64,000 nt of DNA. Origin: a virus. Shown piece by piece: positions 49,203 through 58,901 of the stretch; positions within the stretch are counted from its first letter, which is position 1, and every line of letters starts with the position of its first letter. The notes below the pieces were generated by a model. That model saw nothing but the letters and a program-made list of their open reading frames with translations. It was not told where the DNA came from and searched no databases. Both the position numbers and the translations under genes were made by a program. The stretch lies in IMG/VR virus record IMGVR_UViG_3300033149_006567, positions 33,843-97,842 of that record. One strand, given 5' to 3'.

Positions 49203-51923
49203 TTAAACACCTATACATCCTAAAAGACCCGAGGGCAAAGGGTCCGGAAGATAAATTGGTTTTTTAAAATCAAGTGTTACATCAGACTTAAGGGCTATTT
49301 TTAAGTGAAACTTTTTTTTATTTTTCATGCCCGAAATGGCCGACAACAGGACGGGAATTTTTTCGATGGGGAGAGAAAGCAAAGGAATGTCGTCTTTTTT
49401 GTCTTTCTTTTTTTTATGAATAATTTTTACTGGAGCCACATGGCGAACAATAAACTTTGCAATATTTTTTTCTCCGTCTATTTCTATTACTTCTGTTTTA
49501 CCGCTAAAAAGAAGAGGGGTAAGAGGGGTCAAAAATTTGTTACACTTTTTGAATACCGAAGGAAATATTACGGCCTCTATACTCCCAGTTGTATCTTCTA
49601 GTCGAGCAAAGGCCATTTGTTGTTTTTTCCTCGAAGTCGTATGCTCTTTCATTACAGAAAGAATTGCCAGAATATTTGCGTCAGAGCCACTAGGCAAATC
49701 TGAGAGTAACGATATGTCGTCTATTTCATAAGAATTTTCTATCGAAATGCCCTCCAGGGGGTGCCCACTTAGGAAAAAGTTTAAGTGAAAGTGTTCCTCC
49801 TCTAGCAGGACTTGTTTTTCTACTTCAGGTATATCTGGGACTGTAGGGACGCGGGGCGCTAGAGGTCGAACGGGCTTTTTTAGTGGAGTAAGTTTGACTT
49901 TTTGTTCTTTCCCGTTTTTATCTACTCGAGTTCTGTATTCCCCATTGACGACCTTTTCCAACCTTTCCTCATAGGCTTTCATCTTTTTATTATATGTTTT
50001 CAGCTTAGACTCAAAGCTTTTTTGCTCTTTCATCCAGTCCCAGCGTTTTTCTGCGTAGACCAGCAGGGAGGCCCGTGTGTGGCCAAAAGAATCAAAGGCA
50101 CCCGCTTTGATAAGAGACTCTATCTTAAGCTTGTTCACCCTGGAAAGATGAACTCTAGCGCAAAAATCTCTTATTCCACTAAAGGGACCCTGTTTGAAAC
50201 GCTTGTCTAATATTTCCTTGGTGGGGCCTTCCCCGATATTTCTGATAGGGATTAGCCCAAAGCGAATAGAACCTGACTTCGTTATAACAAAACGGTCCTT
50301 GCTTTCATTGATGTCAGGGGGGAGCACTTTGATACCTAGGCGCTGACATTCTCCCAAATACTTAATCATCTGGTTAACGTCACCGGCATCTTTGGTCATA
50401 CAGGCGGCCATAAATTCTACTGGATAGTGTGTTTTTAAGTAGGCTGTTTGAAAGGCTAAAAGGGCATAACCTAAACTATGAGACTTGTTAAAAGAGTAAG
50501 AGCTAAAACCGTGAAGTCGTTCCCAAAACTCCTCAAAACCCGCAGGAGAGAGTCCCCTTTTTAGCCATCCTTTTTTGAACCTTTCCTTTTGAGCTTGAAG
50601 AAGTTTATCGTCTTTTTTCCCGATGGCTTTTCTGAGCGTATCTGCCTCGGCCATGGAGAAACCACCGAAGGCCCGGGAGAGTTGCATTACCTGTTCTTGG
50701 TAAACCACGATTCCGCAAGTGTTTGATAATATCGGTTTTGCATCTGGATGAAAGTAAGTGGGCTCTTTTTCTCCACTCTTACAGGCTACGTATTCGTCAA
50801 CAAGCCCCGATTCGAGAGGGCCTGGCCTGAATAACGCTATAACATCGGATAGCTCAGAGATGCTAGTAGGCTTAGCCCTTACGGTCAGGTCTCTGAGGCC
50901 CTGCGATCCTTCGAGTTGAAAACAGCCAAGTAAATGTCCTTGCTGTATCATTTTGAATGTTTCTTTATCTTCTGTATCTAAGTTTTCTATGTCAATCGTT
51001 TTTTCATGTCTTTCTTTTATCAGATCCAGACACAGACCGATTTTATCGAGGACTAGAAGCCCAAGAAGATCAAATTTTATTAAACCTATTTCTTCTACTT
51101 CATTTTTGTCCCACTGGGTAGCCGCTCCACCATCGCCTTTTGTTCTGTAAAGAGGAGTCTTTTCATATATAGGCTCATTAGATATTAAAAGACCTGATGC
51201 GTGAACTCCAGCCGAGGCTATTCTTCCTTCAAATTTTTCTGCCCATTCCAGTATTTCTTTTTGAGGACCTGGGTTGATTCTGTAATTTTTAAGTTCTTTA
51301 ACTTTTTGGTAGCAGGCATCAAGGGACTGGGGCTTGCCGTGAACAGGGGCAAGTACCAATTTTCTTAGCTCTTCTCCGGTTTGTATTGAATAGCCTAGGG
51401 CGCTACAAACTTTTTGAATGGCCTGTTTCGCTTTCATGGTTCCTATTGTCCCCACTTGGGCCACACAGTCCTTTCCGTATTTCTGGGTAAGATATTTTAC
51501 AACAGATTCTCTTTGCCCCTTGGGAAAGTCTAGGTCGATATCGGGAGGTGATATTCTGTGGGGGTTTTGAAAGCGCTCAAAGAAAAGGTCATACTTGATG
51601 GGATCTACGGTGGTTATCTCAAGAACATAGGCTATTAAACTTCCGGCCACACTGCCTCTCGCGGGTCCTCGGGGGATGTCATTTCTTTTGGCCCACAAAA
51701 CAAAGTCTTGAACAACAAGAAAATAGCTCGAGAATCCCATGGACTTTATGACGTCCATTTCGTATTCAAGCCGTTTTACGTACTCAGGTTCGCTATCCAA
51801 ACCCCTTTTCTTTAGTCCCCCGCGACATTTAAACTCGAAATAAAGGTCTAGATCTTTCTTGTCAAAACCAGATTGTTCAGTCATTCCACGGGTACCGTTT
51901 TTTGATTCAAAAAACAAAACCAT
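49203..51923 (-). CDS. dnaE: DNA polymerase III alpha, C-terminal part (palm/thumb/fingers/OB), no PHP domain
   Basis: RGSVAGS, FFERF, PDIDLDF, HASG, IKFDLLGL, RPGP, YQEQ, FNKSH, SGHP. Confidence 0.95.
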   Translation of the reverse strand: MVLFFESKNGTRGMTEQSGFDKKDLDLYFEFKCRGGLKKRGLDSEPEYVKRLEYEMDVIKSMGFSSYFLVVQDFVLWAKRNDIPRGPARGSVAGSLIAYVLEITTVDPIKYDLFFERFQNPHRISPPDIDLDFPKGQRESVVKYLTQKYGKDCVAQVGTIGTMKAKQAIQKVCSALGYSIQTGEELRKLVLAPVHGKPQSLDACYQKVKELKNYRINPGPQKEILEWAEKFEGRIASAGVHASGLLISNEPIYEKTPLYRTKGDGGAATQWDKNEVEEIGLIKFDLLGLLVLDKIGLCLDLIKERHEKTIDIENLDTEDKETFKMIQQGHLLGCFQLEGSQGLRDLTVRAKPTSISELSDVIALFRPGPLESGLVDEYVACKSGEKEPTYFHPDAKPILSNTCGIVVYQEQVMQLSRAFGGFSMAEADTLRKAIGKKDDKLLQAQKERFKKGWLKRGLSPAGFEEFWERLHGFSSYSFNKSHSLGYALLAFQTAYLKTHYPVEFMAACMTKDAGDVNQMIKYLGECQRLGIKVLPPDINESKDRFVITKSGSIRFGLIPIRNIGEGPTKEILDKRFKQGPFSGIRDFCARVHLSRVNKLKIESLIKAGAFDSFGHTRASLLVYAEKRWDWMKEQKSFESKLKTYNKKMKAYEERLEKVVNGEYRTRVDKNGKEQKVKLTPLKKPVRPLAPRVPTVPDIPEVEKQVLLEEEHFHLNFFLSGHPLEGISIENSYEIDDISLLSDLPSGSDANILAILSVMKEHTTSRKKQQMAFARLEDTTGSIEAVIFPSVFKKCNKFLTPLTPLLFSGKTEVIEIDGEKNIAKFIVRHVAPVKIIHKKKKDKKDDIPLLSLPIEKIPVLLSAISGMKNKKKFHLKIALKSDVTLDFKKPIYLPDPLPSGLLGCIGV

Positions 51924-51965
51924 TCCTGAGGTCGCGTCTTTGAAATCTTACTTAAAAAAGTCATT

Positions 51966-52307
51966 TCACTCGCTTTTAAATGGGTCAATTAAAGATGGGT
52001 TATCTTGCAAAACCCCACTGATGCCCGTGGCCAGTCGATCTATGGCGTCTTCATTGTCCCTTAGTTCTTCGAGCCTTAAGACTTGGCAGATAGCATGCAA
52101 CATTTCATGCCAAATGGTATGGTAGATAGACTGTAGAGTGCGTTCTTTCCCGGCGTAAACCCTGATGATACAAGTCCAATAATCTACTTGACCGAAGAGG
52201 GCTTCGCGTTTATGAACGTCAACGTCTGCCGGATTATCAACATATTTTATCGAATAAACTTCATTAAAGATTTTAACTTTTTTGGGAAGCTTATCTTTGT
52301 TCGTCAT
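51966..52307 (-). CDS. Small HExxH zincin-like protein
   Basis: TIWHEMLHAI...E. Confidence 0.6.
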   Translation of the reverse strand: MTNKDKLPKKVKIFNEVYSIKYVDNPADVDVHKREALFGQVDYWTCIIRVYAGKERTLQSIYHTIWHEMLHAICQVLRLEELRDNEDAIDRLATGISGVLQDNPSLIDPFKSE

Positions 52308-52335
52308 TCAGGACTCCCTTTGTTAGTGCTTTTTA

Positions 52336-52365
52336 ATTATATCCTAAGGCAGAAAAGAAAGTCAA
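52336..52365 (-). promoter_or_regulatory. Sigma70-like promoter between the two dnaE halves
   Basis: Minus strand TTGACT-N18-TATAAT. Confidence 0.7.
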
Positions 52366-52877
52366 CGAATTTCTTCAAAGGTTTCTGGGTGTCTTAGACA
52401 GTAGAGATATATGTCATGGGGAGAGATATCCTTGGGATTCCAGGAGGAGGTGAAGGGAAGGTTAATTAGGGAGAAAAATCTTGCAATCAATTCGGAGCAA
52501 AAATAAGAACTTGACGATTGTCTGGGGCTTTCTGTTTTAGTTTTGATTATCCTTTTAAAAAGTCTCGTCAACAATATCAAAAATGCACCTCGATAATCGT
52601 AGCGATTTCCTATGAGCTTTTTGATAGCCCTAAGTCCTTCGTCTCCGTTTATCTTGAGACGAAAACGTCCATAGGTCTCGTATTCAATGTTTTCGCAAGG
52701 AATGGTTTGAACCCCAAAACAGTTAGCCTCCAGAAGCCAACGCTCTTCAAAAAGTTTATTGTAGTATTCTACTCCTACATGGGAAACTGGACTTTTTTCT
52801 GCCCATCTTAGCATTTTGCTCCTAGAGGCGGGTCCTGCGGTAAAGATCAAATAAATATCAAATTTATTCAAAACCAA
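52362..52877 (-). CDS. Permuted papain-like (YiiX/YebB) enzyme
   Basis: SHVG...LEA...YD...YFCSEL...SP. Confidence 0.65.
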   Translation of the reverse strand: MVLNKFDIYLIFTAGPASRSKMLRWAEKSPVSHVGVEYYNKLFEERWLLEANCFGVQTIPCENIEYETYGRFRLKINGDEGLRAIKKLIGNRYDYRGAFLILLTRLFKRIIKTKTESPRQSSSSYFCSELIARFFSLINLPFTSSWNPKDISPHDIYLYCLRHPETFEEIR

Positions 52878-53415
52878 CTCCTTTCAACTCGGAGATAATT
52901 ACGTCTAAATTGACGGGGAAATAGTTCCAAGCATCTACTCCCACATTAATAGCCTTGTCTTTAGAGTTTATGGCTACTTTTTGGTGACTATGTCCGTAAG
53001 CATGATAGTACCCGAAGTGCTTTTTATCCCAGGTTCTCATTTGATAGTGACAGAGTACTATTCCTGTGTGTTTTTTGCCACCAAGGCCAAGTTCAACTGT
53101 TTTTAAATCATGAATACCTTCTATTTTACACATCAGGTCTGGTCTTTTTTTCGCAAGTTTACCCCACAATTTAAAATCATGATTGCCCCTAATGATGGTC
53201 CATTTTCCGTGCAATTTAGGGAAGATTCCTTGCAGATAATGCCATTTCATCGAGAAGTCGCCAAGGAATAGGACCTTATCCTTTTCCTTGACCGAAGAAT
53301 TAAAATTTTGAATGAGCGCCTCGTTCATTTCGTAAGCATTAGAGAAGGGGCGATTGGAATACACCAGAATGTTACTGTGCCCGAAATGGAAATCTGAAGT
53401 CAGCCAAATGTCCAC
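52864..53415 (-). CDS. Phage-type metallophosphoesterase
   Basis: TSDFHFGH, LGDF, GNHD, LCHY, GHSH, NVGVD. Confidence 0.85.
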   Translation of the reverse strand: MDIWLTSDFHFGHSNILVYSNRPFSNAYEMNEALIQNFNSSVKEKDKVLFLGDFSMKWHYLQGIFPKLHGKWTIIRGNHDFKLWGKLAKKRPDLMCKIEGIHDLKTVELGLGGKKHTGIVLCHYQMRTWDKKHFGYYHAYGHSHQKVAINSKDKAINVGVDAWNYFPVNLDVIISELKGVGFE

Positions 53416-53513
53416 AATTTGCTCCAGCGCTCGACAGCCACTCAGTTAAGGGGGGGCAAAAATACCCCTCTTACTGTCTCAACGCTAGATTCTATCAAAC
53501 TCAAGCGTTATTT

Positions 53514-53747
53514 TCAAGATTTTTCTGAAGTTTCTTCTGGAGAGTTTTTCGTTATATCATGGAAGGACTCAAGCCTATCTATTATTTTTTGGCATTTGGG
53601 GCAGACCCAGCCTAGTTTTTGGGTATATATCCAGCCGAATACTTTCGCACACCTAGAGGCCTCCCGCTTATTGGCACCGTCTAACATTTCCCAATTACCA
53701 CACCTACATTCAACAAGAAATTCTAAGATGAGTTGGCCTCTTTCCAC
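53514..53747 (-). CDS. Small Cys-rich protein
   Basis: CRCG...GW...WVCPKC. Confidence 0.45.
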   Translation of the reverse strand: MERGQLILEFLVECRCGNWEMLDGANKREASRCAKVFGWIYTQKLGWVCPKCQKIIDRLESFHDITKNSPEETSEKS

Positions 53748-54676
53748 TCAAGAAACTCCTCTAGATCCAGGGCCTTGTTTAGGTCGAAGACAGGTGGGTG
53801 TAAAACTCCCAGCTCTATTTCTATTAAATCACACATTTCAGAAATTAATAGGGTGTTTTCGGTGGCTTCTGGAATATTGTATTTTTCTAAAGTGAGGACT
53901 ATTTCTTCGTAATTTTTAATGTAGAAACTCGTTCCGTAAATCATCTTGTCGGCTTCTAGGTACTTCTCGACTGTCTGCCTCATTTGCATTGCCATCATAA
54001 GAGTGTGCAGTTTATGGTGGGCTTTGGTGAGATAATGGGCGTCTGTTGTGACGATTATGGGAACGTTCCTCTTTCTTGCCAGACTTATAAGCCATCTATT
54101 GTACGGCTCCTGCCTAGGGTCATCGGTATCTATAACTTCCGCAAAAAAATTATTTCCAAAAATGGCCCTTAATAGGTCAAATTTCTTTTCTGCGCGGCCA
54201 TCTGGGTCACGAACTTTGAAGCCATCGTTTTCGTTGTATTCCAAGAGCTTTGCGCAAACTCCACCAAGACAGGCAGTAGACGCGATGAAGTTCTCTCCAC
54301 ACCCCTTAAGGTTCTCTATCGAAATGCGAGGTTTGTAATAGAAATTATGCATATTGGAGAGGGACACCAATCTCAGGAGGTCTTTGTACCCCTGTTGGTT
54401 CTTGGCTATCAAGACCATATGATGATTATCTCTGGTCTTCTTTTCTGTGCCGTCTGGGTCTTCGGTCGTGTAAGCCTCTACGCCCAACAGCCCCTTGATG
54501 CCCTTCTTTTTACATTCTTTGTAGAAATTGAGAGTGTTATGCAAGCATCCGTGATCGGTAAGTGCTACAGCTGGCATATTCAATTGTTTTACCCGAGAAA
54601 CTAGTTCATCACAGCGGATAGATCCGTCAAGTATACTGCCCTCTGAGTGCACATGTAGGTGAACAAAATTATTCAC
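53723..54676 (-). CDS. dnaE: DNA polymerase III alpha N-terminal PHP domain as a stand-alone gene
   Basis: FVHLHVHS..SILDG, ALTDHG, GVEAY, FYYKPR, STACLGG, TDAHY. Confidence 0.92.
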   Translation of the reverse strand: MNNFVHLHVHSEGSILDGSIRCDELVSRVKQLNMPAVALTDHGCLHNTLNFYKECKKKGIKGLLGVEAYTTEDPDGTEKKTRDNHHMVLIAKNQQGYKDLLRLVSLSNMHNFYYKPRISIENLKGCGENFIASTACLGGVCAKLLEYNENDGFKVRDPDGRAEKKFDLLRAIFGNNFFAEVIDTDDPRQEPYNRWLISLARKRNVPIIVTTDAHYLTKAHHKLHTLMMAMQMRQTVEKYLEADKMIYGTSFYIKNYEEIVLTLEKYNIPEATENTLLISEMCDLIEIELGVLHPPVFDLNKALDLEEFLEWKEANSS

Positions 54677-54875
54677 TCTCTTCGTCCTCTCCGTCGGTAG
54701 AGTAGTTTAGAACCAAAGAGTAGTTTAGAACCAAAGAAGATGCGCTAAATGTACTCGAACCATAAATGTCGAACAGAAGGAAAGTCCTGGAATCGAGGGT
54801 GACACCGAGAGGGGGAGATTCTTCTTCGAATGGTATCTTCAATTGTTCCCCCTTAAGGGGCATAGATCTCATCAA
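54669..54875 (-). CDS. Small hypothetical protein
   Basis: AGGAG RBS; fills the gap between recA and the PHP gene. Confidence 0.35.
   Translation of the reverse strand: MMRSMPLKGEQLKIPFEEESPPLGVTLDSRTFLLFDIYGSSTFSASSLVLNYSLVLNYSTDGEDEESE
54699..54737. repeat. 18-bp tandem duplication
   Basis: agagtagtttagaaccaa twice (SLVLNY twice). Confidence 0.9.
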
Positions 54876-54914
54876 GGGCTCCTACTGAAAGAAAACACCG
54901 AAACAGTCGACATA

Positions 54915-55946
54915 TTATTTTTTAAGCTTTTCTTTTAAAGATGTTTCAATGGTTTGGAGTAATTCAGGATTGCCCTCGAGGGTTCTGACTGCTCCAAGTT
55001 CTCCCTGTCCGATAGTGGTCCCATCATAAGAAAACCAGGAGCCTTTCTTTTCTATTATTCCCTCTAAAGCCGCGAGGCCAACGAGAGAGGATACCGGATC
55101 GATTCCCTTCCCGAATAGGAGACTTAGTTCTGCCACTTTATAAGGACGCCAAATTTTATTCTTAACGCAGGTAACCTTGACCTTGTTTCCTATTACCTCT
55201 TCTCCTTGCTTGATGTACCCCATTCGCCGGACTTCCAGGCGTTGAGAGGCATAAAACTTCAAAGAATTTCCCCCCGGAGTGACGTTTTTCGGACCGTATC
55301 CAAAAGTGGATATATTACTTCTGGTTTGATTGACAAACATGACGTGAGTGTCAGTCCTGTTTATGGCCGCGATTGTTTTCCGGAAGAATTCACTCATTAA
55401 GCGAGCTTGTAAGCCAATAGTGGCATCTCCGATTTCTCCCTCCAGTTCAGCTTTAGGTACCAAGGCGGCAACAGAATCAACTACTATCAAATCAACTCCA
55501 CCACTTTTGCTAAGGATGTTAACTATGTTGAGAGCATCGTCTCCAGAGTCAGGCTGAGAAAGTAGCATATCGTCTACGTTTACGTTGGCATCTAGGGCAT
55601 ACGAAGGATTAAAGGCGTGTTCTGCGTCTATTAGGGCGCATTTTCCTCCGTTTTTTTGTGTCGCCGCGATAGACAGAAGAGAAACAGAAGATTTTCCTGC
55701 TGATTCTGGTCCAAATACTTCAGAAACTCTTCCTCTGGCCAGGCCGCCCCCTAGTATATAATCAAGAGGATGGCAACCTGTTGGATAAAATTCAACGCCA
55801 ATCCTTGGGGTATTTTTATCAAAGATGCAACCCTCTCCGTAGGCTTTTCGAATATTTTTTAGGGCCATTTCTACGGCCATGGCCCGTCTATCCTTAGGGC
55901 CGCCACCTTTAGGGTTACTATCCGTCTTTTCTTTCTTTGGTGGCAT
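54915..55946 (-). CDS. recA: Recombinase A
   Basis: GPESAGKS, IDAEHA, SQPD, VDSVAAL, QARLMS, GGNSLKFYAS, KNK. Confidence 0.97.
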   Translation of the reverse strand: MPPKKEKTDSNPKGGGPKDRRAMAVEMALKNIRKAYGEGCIFDKNTPRIGVEFYPTGCHPLDYILGGGLARGRVSEVFGPESAGKSSVSLLSIAATQKNGGKCALIDAEHAFNPSYALDANVNVDDMLLSQPDSGDDALNIVNILSKSGGVDLIVVDSVAALVPKAELEGEIGDATIGLQARLMSEFFRKTIAAINRTDTHVMFVNQTRSNISTFGYGPKNVTPGGNSLKFYASQRLEVRRMGYIKQGEEVIGNKVKVTCVKNKIWRPYKVAELSLLFGKGIDPVSSLVGLAALEGIIEKKGSWFSYDGTTIGQGELGAVRTLEGNPELLQTIETSLKEKLKK

Positions 55947-56304
55947 TTAGCCTCCTCTTTCTGAATGCTATTCCCTTTGCAATTTCTTTTCGGAGCTTTC
56001 TCCTCTCCCAAGAAGGATTAAGGTTCAATATAGCTCCGATATCGGCAAAAGAGATGGAAAAATCTCCCCAGTCTATTCTATAATCATCGTCGAACAAAAA
56101 ATCTTTTGCCTCATCCCACACTTCTTTATCAGAAGCGTCATCTGAGTCGGATAAATTGATGATGTCCCTTTTCGCTTGTAAAATAACGCGGAGCAATATT
56201 TCTCGGCACTCTTGTTCATTCAAGTCTCTACCGAGGTCATAATCGTCCAAAAAGAATTCTACATTTTGCTTACCAGCTCTGTATTTTTTGCCATATCTAT
56301 CCAC
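55918..56304 (-). CDS. Hypothetical protein
   Basis: Operon packing with recA. Confidence 0.5.
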   Translation of the reverse strand: MDRYGKKYRAGKQNVEFFLDDYDLGRDLNEQECREILLRVILQAKRDIINLSDSDDASDKEVWDEAKDFLFDDDYRIDWGDFSISFADIGAILNLNPSWERRKLRKEIAKGIAFRKRRLNATKERKDG

Positions 56305-56877
56305 CTACTCCCACTCGTCCTCCTTTTCGTCAACTTCTTTGCCAAAGATATCTTCTTCGGTGGTTCCTCCGACACTATGTACGTTTCCTTCGACCTTAAG
56401 GGTAAGAGCATTGTTCATTGTCACCCCCTCGAGTTTCTTTCTCATTCGAGTGAGGTGGTTTATTTTATTTTTCCAGAATTCTCGTTCTATTTTGGCGGCT
56501 AGGGCGGCCTCCTCCATATCTTTGACTGCTGCCTTAGCCATGGTCTTGAAGAAATCGGCTGCTGGGAGTCTTTTTCCCTCCGCCCTGTATTCTGCCACCA
56601 GTTCTTCGTATTTGGACTCGTAGGATTGAATCCTGGCCCACTCAAGGGCAGTGTAACGAGCGTCTGCAGCGTCAAACATACCCGAGGCGAGCTGATTAAG
56701 CTTCATTAGTCGCACACCCATTCTATGACACTGAATGGGAGTCAAATCTTCATCTATGTCCAGGGAACAAAACTTTCGATTCCACTCCCTCATGGACTTA
56801 CCCCCTATCAAAAGGGCCTCATTTAGTTCCTGGCGTAACTGACCGAATCTTTGAATTGCGTCTTTGACCTTTTGCAT
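56305..56877 (-). CDS. Helical hypothetical protein (possibly UvsY-like)
   Basis: AAGGAG RBS; all-helical; upstream of recA; function speculative. Confidence 0.4.
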   Translation of the reverse strand: MQKVKDAIQRFGQLRQELNEALLIGGKSMREWNRKFCSLDIDEDLTPIQCHRMGVRLMKLNQLASGMFDAADARYTALEWARIQSYESKYEELVAEYRAEGKRLPAADFFKTMAKAAVKDMEEAALAAKIEREFWKNKINHLTRMRKKLEGVTMNNALTLKVEGNVHSVGGTTEEDIFGKEVDEKEDEWE

Positions 56878-56897
56878 TTCCCGCTCCTTGAAGCCTG

Positions 56898-56927
56898 ATT
56901 ATATCCTAATCAAGACTCAAAAGTCAA
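56898..56927 (-). promoter_or_regulatory. Sigma70-like promoter for the recA-PHP unit
   Basis: Minus strand TTGACT-N18-TATAAT; shares ttaggaTATAAT with the 52336 promoter. Confidence 0.7.
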
Positions 56928-56935
56928 CATATATT

Positions 56936-57871
56936 TTAAGCTTTTACAATTTTTTTGCGAATTTCCGGATAAACGACAGGCAGGGGACAAGCATCGAAGT
57001 CGTATCTGTTTCTACAGCGATGTAAAAGTAATTTCATCTTGTCTACGTTTCGGACCACACCTTTGTAATCCGGATTAGGATGATGGGGACAACCAGTTGC
57101 AACTCCGTTGGGCCATACACAGCAAGTAGAAACATTGGCATCACACCCGTAATCAGATTTAAAGTAGGAAGCAGTAGCTTTAAGACAGGGATCTATTCTT
57201 ACCTTTTTGACTAAAATTTTAGGAAGTTTATTTTTTAGTGTCATATATAAAGAGATGGTAGCTCCGATCTCTTTTGCAGATAAAGAAGATTTGGGTGTCA
57301 AGATGGTGGCCGACTTGACTAAATATAGCTGCTCTTTAATATAGTCAAGTCTTTCGTCATCTAGGGGGGTGGGAAAGGCAGTCCAATTCCAATGCAGCTT
57401 GTCGCGAATATGTTTTGTTTTTATGAGAAGATCTTCCTTTTCTATATTTAAATTGTCAACAGAAATCTGGCTTGTTCGTTTCATCAAATCAGAGAAATAG
57501 GGTTGCCAATATTTGCTTCTCATTGAAAGGCGAGAGTAATGTGAATATGTATTTATGTCAGGAAAGCACAGTTCTATTTTAGGAAAGGCATACGTATTGC
57601 CAGAACCCTTGAGCAGAGTTTTCCAGTATTCCCACGAAAGATTGTGGGTATTTCTGTTGGTGGGACGACCAAAATATAACACTAGGTTTTTTACGATAAC
57701 GTCTTGGCGACCCAGGACATTCCCGAGAAACCCCGAATGTCCCCCTAGATGCCTCTTAATACCTCTATAGCCCTTAATGTTTCCGTTTTCTTGGATGAAT
57801 GGGCGGATGTGTAGTGTTGACAAATATAGGGTGCTTTCTCTCTCGAATTTCTTTCTGCGATACCTCGGCAT
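56936..57871 (-). CDS. Hypothetical protein with a SPASM/twitch-like Cys cluster
   Basis: GCDANVSTCCVWPNGVATGCP; no CxxxCxxC. Confidence 0.4.
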   Translation of the reverse strand: MPRYRRKKFERESTLYLSTLHIRPFIQENGNIKGYRGIKRHLGGHSGFLGNVLGRQDVIVKNLVLYFGRPTNRNTHNLSWEYWKTLLKGSGNTYAFPKIELCFPDINTYSHYSRLSMRSKYWQPYFSDLMKRTSQISVDNLNIEKEDLLIKTKHIRDKLHWNWTAFPTPLDDERLDYIKEQLYLVKSATILTPKSSLSAKEIGATISLYMTLKNKLPKILVKKVRIDPCLKATASYFKSDYGCDANVSTCCVWPNGVATGCPHHPNPDYKGVVRNVDKMKLLLHRCRNRYDFDACPLPVVYPEIRKKIVKA

Positions 57872-57877
57872 CTTGAC

Positions 57878-58456
57878 TCAAGATTCTCCCGTAGGCTTCG
57901 GAGAGATATTGTCGCTACTGTTCGGGCTATCTCTGTCGCTGATAGAATTATTGTCGTTGTCGGCGAGTTCAAGCTGTATCTCCTCTGCATTTATTTTCTG
58001 AAGAAGCTCCAGTAAATACTTGAACTCTTGAATATTTACGTCATCTTTTTTCCTTCCTCCTATTGTTACTCTAATGTCGCCATCTTTGATAGTTATCTTT
58101 TTTATTTTATCGATGGCAGACACTTCGCCTTCAAGAATACTTCTGAAGCCGTCCAAAACTGCTTTGGCCTCCTGAATGGCTCGTCGATTAGAAGATTTAT
58201 TCTCGAGCAAGGAAGGATGGGGGAACTTTAATATTTTATCAGCAGGGATATCCCCGAAGTTGGGATAGGTTTTTAGTTGAGAAAAGGCTTTTCTTCCGTA
58301 TATCAGAATGACATCACTTTCGATTCCCGATACTTGAAAGAATTTTAAGTCTAGAATATTTATTTTTTCTATTTTACTAGACAGCGACTGGGCCATCTTG
58401 GCGATTATCTTCTCGTGTTTGTCTTTTATGTTGAACGAGTAGGCAGTTGCTATCAT
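57878..58456 (-). CDS. Hypothetical protein
   Basis: 192-aa ORF co-oriented with neighbours. Confidence 0.5.
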   Translation of the reverse strand: MIATAYSFNIKDKHEKIIAKMAQSLSSKIEKINILDLKFFQVSGIESDVILIYGRKAFSQLKTYPNFGDIPADKILKFPHPSLLENKSSNRRAIQEAKAVLDGFRSILEGEVSAIDKIKKITIKDGDIRVTIGGRKKDDVNIQEFKYLLELLQKINAEEIQLELADNDNNSISDRDSPNSSDNISPKPTGES

Positions 58457-58565
58457 TAAGAAAACTTTTCTGCTAAATGATCCAGGATTTCCTTGACAAT
58501 TTCTTCCTTTTCTTTGTTATTCACTAATTCAAAATTACCTCCTTCTTTTTTAAGCAGCGCATTGA

Positions 58566-58901
58566 TTAACGATTCGGCTTGTACCAGCGAGGGGTCTCTA
58601 GTTTTCGAAATTCTTTCCACTTTAACCTCAGTTCCGGGAATGGGTACCGGCCTTCGCCCTTATCTTTCATTATCCAGTATCCATGGTCTATATAAAAAAT
58701 GCTTCTAGGTTTTAATTCTTCTAATGCCTTTTCTTTCTCTGAGTCGTCGACCCAAAGGGAGACATGATAACGGCTGAATTCTTGTTTGCCGTATGTGCTT
58801 TGTCCTGCAACGTCAAAGTACAACATCCAGCCATTTTTGGCTTTGTATTCTCTTATTTGGATATCCTTCGGGATACCCACTATGCCATTGACATTCAGCA
58901 A
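58566..58901 (-). CDS. SSB-like OB-fold protein
   Basis: NVNGIVG..KD...F.VA...YHVSLW pattern; no acidic tail. Confidence 0.45.
   Translation of the reverse strand: MLNVNGIVGIPKDIQIREYKAKNGWMLYFDVAGQSTYGKQEFSRYHVSLWVDDSEKEKALEELKPRSIFYIDHGYWIMKDKGEGRYPFPELRLKWKEFRKLETPRWYKPNR

Noticed and set aside
51924-53722. Intron or split intein explaining the dnaE break
   Set aside because: No intein termini, RT/maturase or homing endonuclease; the interval holds ordinary genes and a promoter
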